A stretch of DNA of 35,055 bases. It comes from Welwitschia mirabilis (Eukaryota). Positions 23,678-35,055 of this stretch are shown piece after piece; within the stretch, counting starts at the first letter, position 1; the number at the start of each line of letters is the position of its first letter. Under the pieces are notes generated by a model. The model was given only the letters and a program-made list of their open reading frames with translations. It had not been told where the DNA came from and made no database searches. The stretch is taken from the NCBI GenBank assembly GCA_051453625.1, contig JBOZIK010000001.1, forward strand, positions 36,618,492-36,653,546. Reading direction: 5' to 3'. The position numbers were made by a program, and so were the translations under genes.

Positions 23678-26600
23678 TTAGTTATCTTATCTGTCATTTG
23701 AATGATAGGGGGGATGATAGGCTTTCAAAATCAAAATGAAAATCAGGTGCTTGTAAACATGACCATTAGAAAATCCAAGTACTAAAATCTTTATTATCCT
23801 TCACTTAAAATGTTTAATACATCGCAAGATAATAATTGAATGTCATACACAATAATCGTCATAAGATATAACAATTATAGCTTCAGAAAATGATGATGTA
23901 TATGTATAATTAGACATACTAATAACTCTAAATGTGTGTAAACTAATCGGTGATAACTCAAAATGATGTATATAAATTAATCAGTGAGTTTTAAATATAA
24001 TATGTAAGGGGTAAATACATAAAAAAAACCATAATATTACTTTTCTTGTCCATGGTTTATTAAGTATCCTAGATTACACCTCTAAGAAGATCTTGTAATT
24101 ATGCTACTTTGGTTTGCTAAATAATATCATAATTCATATCACATAAATAGTATGAAATCATAACCAAACCATTACATTGTATATATGTATCATAAAAGCT
24201 CAAAATGATCCTCATAATTAATTTTTTTGCTTAAATATCTAAAATATTTCTTAGGAATTCATCCTATCTCCCCCATAGGAGAATCAATACATCCTGTATT
24301 GTAATAAGTTAAGAGGGGTTGTGTCATCCACCTTATCATCCAGATGTCAAATATGGAATGATACTTAAAAAAAGAAGGATCTAAAAAATAACAAAGTCTA
24401 AGAAGGATCAAATAATTAAGAATAGCAATAGTAAACCCTAAAAAAGCCATCATAAACTCTGAAGGAGGGATAAAAGTGAAGAATTGTCATGAAAATGACC
24501 ATGATAAAGGAGTTGAACATGGAAAGAACTTAAGGTAAGAGAAAGAGATATCAAACAAGGCAATGATAATGTAATAAGAAGAGAAAAAGAATGCTTAAGA
24601 AAAATCCTCAAATGTATCCATACATAATAAGCATTCAAGATTAGTAAGTGGATGTATGCAAATTAAAAAGAAATGGAAATAGCATCAGCATGAAAGAAAG
24701 AAATGCATCAATTAAAATAAAAGACATGCATCAATAAAAGTGCTAAAAAAAAAAAACAACCCTTATGGATGAAAACCAATGAGTAAAAAATAAAAAGACA
24801 ACCAAAAAACTACTAAATGATTAAGTTCTAATTATTACACTAAAAAAGTATGGAAATGACTTTGAAATTCCAAATAAAACAAATAAGGATAACATAATGA
24901 AAACAAAAAACTAGGAACATGAAGAAGATTTTTTACCTACCCAAAATACTAACCTAGTAAAGTCCCTCATTAGAAATTATAAAGTTACCTAATAAGTGAT
25001 GCATAACATAATGTAGAAAGCTTCATAAAGTACCACTCAAAAAGGGTAATAGTTATGATGATGTCAAGTANNNNNNNNNNNNNNNNNNNNNNNNNNNNNN
25101 NNNNNNNNNNNNNNNNNNNNNNNNNNNNNNNNNNNNNNNNNNNNNNNNNNNNNNNNNNNNNNNNNNNNNNNNNNNNNNNNNNNNNNNNNNNNNNNNNNNN
25201 NNNNNNNNNNNNNNNNNNNNNNNNNNNNNNNNNNNNNNNNNNNNNNNNNNNNNNNNNNNNNNNNNNNNNNNNNNNNTTCTATGATGAGGGAAGGCAACCA
25301 ACGTCAGAGGAGTAAAGACCCATAAAGCATACCCAACTAACCCCCTAATGGAGTTTCAACAACTACCATATCATACTACCAAAGGCCCCTCTTAGAGAAA
25401 TGTGCCTCAGTGTGCTTACGATAGGATATTATGGTGGCTAAGTTTTAGCTGAGATATCAAAGATCATGATCATTATTTTTTTTTTCTTTTTTTTCCCCTT
25501 ATAGAAGTAAAGAAATAGATTCCACATGATTAATTTCTCTTAAGGACGAGAATAAAGTAATGAAATGAGAAATAAGAAAGAACACACCCAAATAACTAAA
25601 GACTCATATCATTGAGAAAAAGCAAAAGAACCAAGACATATTCCTTCTAAATGAAGTTCATAAATATATGAATTTTTTAAGATTGGATGAATCCAATCTT
25701 ATCATTTTGAAATTCCAAAGTAAAAGATTTACTAGTCATGATAACTTCATAAAGTGAAACATTAATCAAGTTAAACATATTCAAGTGACAACATGATGTT
25801 CTCAAAAGAATCGACCAAGGAATAACTTAGATAATGGTAGGAGGAAAATCTAAGACAAGTTCTTCTATTATGTTTAAGGTTTGATTAATAGGTATCTAAA
25901 TGATATTTAACCTTTTATCTATTAGCTTCTAAATTTTCCAAGTATTAATGTTGAAGATTTCAACTGAGCCATATAGAATGTATTTTTCCAAAAGATAAAG
26001 ACCTAACTATTGAGAGGTTAACTAGTTGTATCAAAGGTATACTTGGGTATCATAATTTTTAGAAAAATAAGGGTCAAACAAAATAGAAATCAATTGATAA
26101 AACATAAAATGTATAAATCATTTTGGAGTAAAATCAATTGAAGAAGAAAAGAGTAAAATGATAAAACTTTGATAACATAAATTTTAGAATCCAAATAAGA
26201 GATAAAGAAGTGATAAATTTCATTGACAAATAATCTATTATTAAAACATCATAAATCATGGGTATAATTATATAATTCAATCAAGGAACTACTTAAATAA
26301 TGGATCTAAGAAGTTTTTAAGAGCTTTTTATAATGTTTGATGAGATTGAAAAGCTTCTTAAGATTTAATTCTAAGCATGGATTATCATAAAAAAGATAAG
26401 GCTTACCCCAATTTAAAATTCCAAGATATTTTAAGTCATACTTTAAAAAAATTAATCATGAGAGGCGCAAGGTAAAGTAAACTTAATGGAAAAGGAAAGG
26501 ATGTTACTTTAAGTATGACATGGATTTTTAAAAGGAAGAGATTTAAAGATAGCAGAAATAGACTCTTCGAAATTATGTGTTTTATTAAAGTGAAGGAAAG

Positions 26601-28376
26601 GAATATAGCTTGGAGAATGATATGAAGGCTCAAATGGAAGAGATGGAGAAATGTTATCATTATCAAGATTATAAGGGGATTTGGAACTCATAGTAGAGGT
26701 AAGGATGTGATTTGGAGTTGTACATGAAAGTGCAAGTGAAAGAGATAGAGAAATATGGATAGGATTTTTAGGTTATTTTGGTGGATGGGGATGAATAAGT
26801 CTATCCTTTATTAAGTTGAAATGAATTTCTATGAGTCCTTTATTATGTTCATTTTCTTCATTATTTCCTTCATCATTATTTTATTGAATTATTTTTTTCA
26901 CTTGTCTTATCATTATTTTTTACTATATTTTCCTTCTCTTATTAGATATTTCTCTCATTCTCTAAGTTGTTAGACTCGTCAAAAAAGTCATCAAGAGAAA
27001 TGTGAGCATCATCCTCATTATAGATTAAAAACTTTTTAGATTCTTCATGAATGGATTCCTCCTCTAGATTTACTAGTAGTAAATAAATGGTAGGGATATA
27101 ATCTAATACCTCAATATCATCATCTAATAAACAATCATCCTTATCCTTATTATGAAAAAATTGAGTTGAGTTATTATTGTTTCCTCTTTAGTCATCTACT
27201 AATGAGTGGGTTGTTGAAGTTTGATTCAAAATTTCATTTCCCATTAAAGAATAAGAATTATTATTACTTGTTACTAAGTTTTTCTCATTTTCCTCAAAGC
27301 AGGATGTAGTAGGATAGTTTTGAGAATGTTGTATTATAAAAGAACCTTGATTTCATAATAATTTCTATTGAAGGATCTCAACTGGATTTTCTAGGTTCTT
27401 ATTTTTTCTTTCTAAATTTTCATGTACTATCTTCATATCTCCTATTATTTCTTGCATTAAATCATTTTCATCATCACATTAGTTCATAAGAGATGGATCT
27501 TCTTCATAGTAATTCATGGAAGATGATTAGGATTAACTAAAAGGATCATAGGATATTTTTCTAAATGAGGTGGAATCTCTAAAATGTTAAAAATTTTTGT
27601 GGTCATTTCTTTATTAAGTTTGAAAATAATAAGTAAAAAAATAAGAAGGTTTAAAAAAGGAATAAGCCCAATTCCTACTCTAAACATCATTTTGTGTTAT
27701 CTTTCCTCTTTCTACAAAAATTTCTTAAAGTATTTTTCTTACCATTTCTCTTAAAGTTTCTCAAGTTTCTCTTTCTTTTACAAAGAAATTCCCAAAGTTT
27801 CTTTTNNNNNNNNNNNNNNNNNNNNNNNNNNNNNNNNNNNNNNNNNAGAATTAATCAAGATGGTAAGGAAGATAAGTATAAAGTAAGATTAAGCTCTGAT
27901 CCCTCTAACTTTTCATATTTTTACTAAATTGTTTGGATCTTTAATCACTTAAAAGATGCATAAAAACATCATTTTGGATGTCATCCAGATGATATGAAGG
28001 ATGATGAATACTTATTTTATAAATAACTAAAAAAATATTTCCAAAAAAATTAGAAATAGGAGAAAAACTATAGACAATTGTCTGCCTAGTCATCTGGATG
28101 ATAGAGAGGATAATATTAACTTTATTATACTATTATAAAATAGAAAATTTTCTTATTAAAATCAGAAAAATACATAAACTGTAGACCATTGTCTGCTTGA
28201 TCATGGAGATGATAGAGAGGATGTCAAGGCTTATTAGCACTACCAAAATGAAAAATTGTGGAAAAATAAAGCTACAGAAACTAGAATAAAAATATAGTAC
28301 TATTTAAAATAAATAACTTAAACTAAAATTCAAGGTACTTATCTAGATAGTGAAATCCCCTAGCTCCTTGTGACCT

Positions 28377-28394
28377 TCCCCAGTAATAGTGTCA
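28377..28394 (-). promoter_or_regulatory. Primer-binding site (tRNA-Asp type) of element C
   Basis: tccccagtaatagtgtca has 6 transitions from the tRNA-Asp 3' end and lies 3 nt from the LTR. Confidence 0.85.
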
Positions 28395-28397
28395 AAA

Positions 28398-29601
28398 TGT
28401 TGTAGTGTGAATTTGTGTAATCTTAAAGTCCTTAAGTAAAACTTGTAGATCACAATACTTGTAGAAAAACACACACTAGTATAGATAGGAGTTAACCAAA
28501 ATGTTGTAATCCATTAAAGGAACTAGGCCAAAAGTTATAAAATTCATTTCATAAAGGCTTTTTAGGATTTTTTCTTATATAAATAAAAACAACAAATAAT
28601 GCAAATATAATGCCAGATGAATGAGAATGAAATGCAGGATGAGATGCAACTATAATGAATCTATTTGAATTCCAACTCTTCTGTCACAAGATTCAGCTCT
28701 TATAACTTAGGTCAATTAATAAGAGCTATCACTTATCCCTAACCAACATATGCTATAAGATATATCAGAATAAATGAAAATTTAAAAATTATATAAAGTG
28801 AAATGCAATACAAGATCTAAATTAACAATGTCAACCTTAACAAATGTTGTTCTTATAATCTAAATTAACTATGAAGCTATCATGGAACCATAACTAATAT
28901 AAACCATGAGAAAGATTCACACAATAGAAGTAAAAATGTTTTTGTATTAATCATGAATTACATCCACTTACAAATAAAGTAGTAGCACTTTAATGGAGGA
29001 TACATAGCACAACACCAAGGAAGACTTCTCTCTGTAGCATAGGATGGACCTCTTGTCTTTCAATATTTCATCATAAGACTTTTTGGTATCAAAGATGAAT
29101 TGGGAATAAGGAAAATTGGGTATTTATAATTGTACATTAAAGGTTTTGAAAATGTAATCATAGAAGTTGAAGAAGAAACTCTGGCAGCTAGAAGGGGCAC
29201 GTGACTTCATTACAAAAGATAAATCATTTTATTGATAGAAAATGATTATCATCCTTCTAGTTGTCTAGATGACACTAGGGATGATGCCCTAATAATAGGT
29301 GATTCATCAAATTTTGCCTTCACAATCAGCCCTACAACTTTGATCCATGTCACAGGGGACGACAATCTTCCTTATCTTTCTAGCTAAGAGAAATTAGCCT
29401 CCTTCATCATTGATCTTCTCTTCAAAATACTAAGTATTAGAAATATGTCTAAAATACCTTCAAATATTTTAAGAATTGTGTGTTTATATGATCATCTAAT
29501 CAAATCTCTATAATCACCAGAATTGCATCTAAACCTATATGAATGTCCTACAAAAGTACACACAATAGTCCATCAAAATCGTATAAATTAGCATCACAAC
29601 A
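28398..29601 (-). repeat. 5' LTR of element C (about 1.2 kb)
   Basis: TGTTGTAGTG...GCATCACAACA, homologous to the LTRs of A. Confidence 0.9.
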
Positions 29602-30349
29602 ACTAGCTAGCTGACTAAGAAATTATAGCAAGTTAACTAGTAAATTATAAGTAGTTGGCTACCTATTAAAAAAATTTTCTAAAAAAGTGATTATAAACTA
29701 CTAGGTAGTAGATTAACTAAGAATAATAGTATAGGTATACATAGAAGGCCAATCATCTATCACTTAAAAATAAAAAATAATAATGATAGTTCTCTACTAT
29801 AGGCCAAAAGTAATCATTTCCCTTTATGTTCGATGCATAGATGATTATTTGAAGTCATTAAATCAATTAGAAACATGTAATAATGATTTTCAATAGTAAA
29901 ACAATAATTTACTATATATGCAAGTACTATTGCACATCAAAGAATATTTTAATACGTAAATATTATATGAACATTATGAAAGGCATGTATTATTTTTTCT
30001 ATCCTTTTACAACTCTTGTCCTTTATGTTTATCATAATACACAATTAATGGATATCATCATGATGTGCTTTAAGGATAAAAATTACTTAAATATCCTATT
30101 GTAGTAGTTGATATCTACTAAAAAGTCTCATTGGATTGTTTTAGTTGTAACATTCATTAATAAGAAAATAGTCCTATATTTATTTATCTTTGTGCACATT
30201 ATTTTTAAATCATATTTCTATCTTTATTATCCTTATTTTACATCATAATCTAAATTAACTATTATAGCATTCTTATTTAAATTATTTGAAAAAATAAAAA
30301 AAATTTCTATTAGGTTTTTTATTTATCCCTCTAAATCAATCATAAGATT

Positions 30350-30360
30350 TGGCATCAAGG
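30350..30360 (+). promoter_or_regulatory. Primer-binding site (tRNA-iMet type, decayed)
   Basis: tggcatcaagg vs TGGTATCAGAG, located between the LTR end and gag. Confidence 0.6.
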
Positions 30361-30409
30361 AAGATTTTTATAATTCTGGATTATTTTAGTATGTTTTGAA
30401 TGAGCTAAT

Positions 30410-32200
30410 AGGTAGAAAAAATAGGAGGATAATCAATCCACTATAGTCCTCACTTCATTGGTAGCAATTACAGGTTTTGGAAATCAAGAATGAAAGTGTT
30501 CATTAAAGTAACAAGCTTTGATTATTAGATGATCATTAAAGAAGGATTTAAAACTCCAATGAACTAAAAATAATCAATGACATTAAGGTGATGGTAATCA
30601 AAGAAAGAAGAAAATGGGAGAATGAAGACAAGGCTAATTTCATATTCAACATTAATGCCATTAATGCAATTTGTTGTGGGTTGAATCCAAAGAACTATAA
30701 GAAAGTAATAAACTTTACTATTATTAAAGAAATTTGTGATTTCTTGTATGTGACATGTGAAGATACCTAATAAATTGAGAAGAGAAAAAAGTAAATGCTT
30801 ATGACTAATTTAAGAAAAATAGAACTCAAGATGATAAGACCTTCATTAAATTCAATAATAAGCTAATGGGAATTATGAATGGCTTATGGAGACTTAATGA
30901 ATCTATCTCATCTAGTCTAATTATAGGAAATATATTGAGCTCTCGTCTTAAAGTATATAAAAATAAGATACGATTAGTTAAAAACACAAAGGACCTTGAC
31001 AAACTCAAGTTGAAGGAATTAGTCAATAACATTCTAAAGTTTGAATTGAAACATGTACAAGAAGGTAATAAAGGTAAAGGCATCACACTCAATGCAAATC
31101 AAATTTCACTTTTTAAACCTAGGGATGTTGGATTTAGTTCATCTTACTTAGAGTTTAAATCAGATTTAGATGATTAATTTGCCTTGTTTACCAAGAAATT
31201 CAAGAGAATACTTTTAGGTATGAAGAGAAGAGATAAAAAGAAATATGTTATAAAGGTCAACGATGGAACATCATCAAAGTTCTAAAGTAAATAAAAGAAG
31301 AAAGGAATTTGGTTCTATGCTTGTAAAGTTTTTGAATACACTACAAAGAAGAAAGTTTTCAAGTATAAGAATATTAAATATCACATGACAACATGGAATA
31401 GTGATAGTAAATTAGATTAAGAAGATGTTTTTTCTGATGATAGGTTATCTTTAATAAAATTTACCTCTAAATATTCTTCATTTATATTTGTCTTATAAGA
31501 TGACTTTAATTTGAGTAATCCTTATAAGCATGAAATATAAAATATTCAAGATTTTTTTATGCGATGATTATAAAGATGAAAACGCAAGAGAAAATAATAA
31601 GTAATATTAATTCTAAAAGTATGGTAAAGAACAACAATATAAGAAGGATGATCAAGTAGTAGAAGAAGAATAAGACGAAAACTTACTTAAAGAAGCTTAT
31701 GAAGAGATATATCAATAAAGCAAAAGGATGTTGAAAGAAAACATGCTTATTAAGAAGAATGTTGGTGAACTAAAAGATGAAAATAGATCAACCTTAAGTT
31801 AAGTAGGATAAGGATGAAAGAAGGCAGCACCCAAGATCTCATATTTTAAAAAAGATGTTAACTACCTTTAATGACTTGTTAAATAAAGAAATCTATAAAT
31901 AAAATTAATCATTTACATAATATTACATTGAAGTTTTCTATAGATAATGATAAATTAAATAATATTCTCCAAAAGAAATGATCATCCATTGATAAAAATG
32001 GCTTGAGATACTTATCTTTTCTTAATTTAACATTTGTACCAACATCATCCAAATCTAATTGCCTTTTAAATGGTCAAATATCATTAGTGAAGACCTTTAA
32101 ATCTAGTAATGTTTAATGTTCCTCTTCTTAGTTTGAATATGGTAAAAAGGATAGAAAATATTTGATATGCCATTTTTGAAATATAGTTGATCATGATAAA
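30410..32200 (+). pseudogene. gag: SIRE-type gag relic (UBN2/Retrotran_gag_2-like, two decayed zinc knuckles)
   Basis: SPHFIGSNYRFWKSRMKVFI, NAINAICCGL...KEICDFLYVTCEDT, KDLDKLKLKELV, KGITLNA, FALFTKKFKR, FYACKVFEY, MTTWNSD, DKNGLRY, ICHF*NIVDH. Confidence 0.9.
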
Positions 32201-32416
32201 TTAACCTATAGATATAGTTACCATTTTTAAAAGTTTAATACTATGCACTGCTTTTAGTTTGTTCCTTATATATGAAATTTTAGTTTTATATAGAGTAAGA
32301 GTAAATATCATCTCTTTTCGTGACATCCACTTAGAATACGCGTTTTACCATTATATATCATTATTCACTTTTAATAAACTATATCTTTAAAATATTTTAC
32401 ACATTTTTGAATTTCT

Positions 32417-32697
32417 TAGCATGGGATTTTATGAGTGCAATATTTTAACCTACTTAAGTACAAGTATATATCTAAGAATTAGAGGAAGATCTATTATTAT
32501 AGCATCTACAAGCTTACACTAGTGATAGTAACTCATGTGGCCTTCTCTCTTTTATTGTTTAGCATGGTTTTTTTCAGAATGAAATTTTTAACCTACTTAA
32601 GTGCAAGTATATATTTAAGTAATAGAGGAAGATCTACTAGTACACCATCTACAAGATTACACTAGTGATACCAATCCACATGTCCTCCTCTCTTTTA
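32417..32697. repeat. 143-bp tandem duplication in the 3' non-coding region of the SIRE-like element
   Basis: tagcatgg...ttttaacctacttaagt...tagaggaagatcta...ttacactagtgata...ctctctttta occurs twice, starting at 32417 and 32560. Confidence 0.9.
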
Positions 32698-33225
32698 GCA
32701 GTCTATTTGAATTTTAGACTTAGTTACACATGCATCTTTATCATTAATTATAAGGGAAAAGAGAGAGTTTATGTTATATGATATTAACATTTTTATAATT
32801 TAAGATAATCTTTATAAAACTGATATTCTCATAATATCTATGCCTTTTTCATATTTACCATGTAGTGATAAAATATTTATAGTGCTAAAATTGCAAAATC
32901 ATTATCATATTGTCTAGTATCATCTATTCATTAAGATTATGTCATTTAGTTAATTCTAAAAATGTTATTATGACCATTTCATATGATGTATTTTATGTGC
33001 TATAGCAACTGAAATAATATTTCTTCATATAGTTAGAGATGAAAATATTTCTCTTAGATTATTTCTTAATCACAAATGTTTTTACTAATTATAGAATATT
33101 TTATGCTCTAGACTTTTATGATGTATTTGAAAGTGTTTACCTAGAATTGATAAATGCTTCATTAATCCATGAAGGAGCTCAATCTTAATGGAAGCATAAA
33201 AATAAGTTTGTTTATCATCAATGAC

Positions 33226-33237
33226 AAAGGATGAGAT
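33226..33237 (+). promoter_or_regulatory. Decayed SIRE polypurine tract
   Basis: atcatcaatgacaaaggatgagat|tatt resembles the SIRE junction ATCA..CAAAAAGGGGGAGAT|TGTT. Confidence 0.65.
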
Positions 33238-35038
33238 TATTACACCTCTAAATTTTCTATTGATGATTAGTCAAATCATGATCAATACTAATGATACTTT
33301 TATATGTACACTGCAGGATGATGATAAATTCTAGTGCTAAAACAAACAAAAAATGATCAAATTAACTCAAAGATTGCTAAGGATAAAGCTAAAAAGGTAA
33401 ATAATAAAAATTAGCATAAGGAAGATAACTAAAAAATTTCAGGTAGATGACTGAGAACTTCTAAGCAAATGATCATCTCTTAGAAAAATTATATAAAAAT
33501 TTGACTAGACACTACAAGTTAAACAACTAGGAGCTACCAAGTGGCTAATCTAGAATTACTAGCTAGTTGACAAGGAACTTTTAGAAAATTAACCATCTAT
33601 GGAGAGGATGTTCAAAAAGTGGCTAGAAACAACTAGACAATCAACTAGCTAAGAATATGAATCAACTAGCCAAGTGGTTAATAGGGTCTAAATAAGATAT
33701 CAACTACCTATTACTTGATAATCAAAAATAATAATAAGAAGTAACTATTAAAGGATAAAATAACCATTTTTCTAGCTGTTTAATGCATGCATGACTGTTT
33801 CAAATTATTAGATCAATTATGAAATATGTAATAGTGATTTGAAATAATTAAAAACATAATTTGCTATATGTACAAATACTATTATACATCAACATAGTTT
33901 TGATATCTAAATTTTATATTTTAAATTATGAAAAGAACATGTTATTTATTTTTATTATTCTACAAATCTTTTTATTCATCTTCATCATCATAATATGATT
34001 GATAGATATCATTATTCTAGGGTTCAAGGTTAAAGATTTATAGAAACTTAATTGTATTAATAAAAATCTATTGAAGATTCTTATTTGATTGTTTTAGTTG
34101 TAATTCCTATTAGTAATAAAATAGGATTATTTTCATTACACTTTATGCACTTTATTTTTGAATTATATTTCTACTTTTTATGTGTTTATTTTACAATATA
34201 GTCTAAATTAACTATGATAGTGTTCTTAATTGAATTATTTAATAAAAGAGAAAATTTCTATTAAATTTTTCATTCAATTATTCCCTTTAGTAAAAATAGT
34301 CTTAAAAAAGGCTAGAATACTACAACTCATTCATAGGTCATCGCTCAAACCCATAACCTAGTTGTGGTTAAGCGTTTAATTAGCATTTTGTGCATTATTA
34401 TCCCCATAATTTCCTAATTAAACTTCATGCGACTTACCCATTAGGTCATAATAACATTATGTAAAGTTTTATCCTTTTAAAAATTCCTTCTAGATAAGGT
34501 ATATAATAATTGATGTTATGTAAGGTGGATAAACTAAACACATGTAACCCACAACAATCTTGGTTGAATCTTAAGGATTATATGAGAAGGGTTAAGATGG
34601 GAGTCTAAATATTTACTTTTAACCACTAGTCCAAGATCTAATCCCTTAACAAAGTGGATGTACAAATGCTTCTAGAGATAATAAAATTCTTATTATTCTG
34701 ACTTAATTATAAATTATTACTTATTAAATGCCTTTTAAAAATATGATTAATTATGGTTTGTAATTCTTTTATGCAATTTAAAACTAATTAAAAGATACAT
34801 CTAGAGGAGAAATGAGGGATTACATGATAAATTACATTGTACACATTGTAAGAAGATAATTATATGTAAAAATAAAATATTCTATAGATGTTTGTTTTTC
34901 ATATCATCCCTTCCTCACATGCAAAGTTTCTACCTCTAGTTATGGATATTTAATGTTTTGAAGGATCAAAGGAAATTTTTTAAAAATAAGGTCATCATTG
35001 TATATAATTATAAATAGAGTTATGTAGTGTGTTTTTTA

Positions 35039-35055
35039 ATATATATATATATATA
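35039..35055. repeat. (AT)n microsatellite running off the window end
   Basis: atatatatatatatata. Confidence 0.85.

Larger units (their letters stand above)
23678..29601 (-). mobile_element. Second pol-less Athila-like element (C), collinear with the interior of element A
   Basis: Blockwise homology to A: 23790 with 10958, 24810 with 12905, 25310 with 13408, 25730 with 13820, 26360 with 14830, 27560 with 16582. It has a PBS and a 5' LTR. Confidence 0.85.
29602..34305 (+). mobile_element. Gag-only Sirevirus/SIRE-like copia element with a 5'-truncated 5' LTR
   Basis: LTR pair 29602-30346 and 33238-34305 (for example 29850-29940 matches 33795-33890). It has a Met-type PBS, a SIRE-type gag and a decayed SIRE PPT. 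There is no room for pol. Confidence 0.8.

Noticed and set aside
21018..25315. Long X-filled ORFs in the track
   Set aside because: Artefacts of N gaps.
34306..35038. Unassigned AT-rich tail
   Set aside because: I could support no motif, repeat partner or coding signal here.

Overview
This is AT-rich, CpG-depleted eukaryotic (plant) heterochromatin-type DNA from a gapped draft scaffold. I find no intact host gene, RNA gene or prokaryotic-type system. The window is a stack of old, heavily deaminated retroelements. In order: (1) a partial Athila-like Ty3 LTR (1-881) abutting an L1 LINE ORF2 relic (882-3070); (2) an unidentified decayed ORF interrupted by an Athila-like solo LTR with a perfect CCCAT target-site duplication (4413-5928); (3) two divergent copies of a tRNA-derived SINE-like element and a second LINE fragment; (4) a Ty1/copia relic (8736-20040, minus strand) split inside its RT by a 9.5-kb two-LTR, pol-less Athila-like element A (9402-18957); (5) an Athila gag-PBS-LTR segment B fused to a second pol-less element C (20045-29601); (6) a gag-only Sirevirus-like copia element (29602-34305). 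The most unusual signals are a roughly 38-bp nested palindrome (GTCGTCC-N5-GTCGTCCGGACGAC-N5-GGACGAC consensus) with about 20 copies confined to the Athila-like sequences, the pol-less A/C family with a PSPMSYYEEQ-repeat ORF, and the candidate SINE family. All alignments were done by eye, so boundaries without a TSD, PBS or PPT anchor are approximate.
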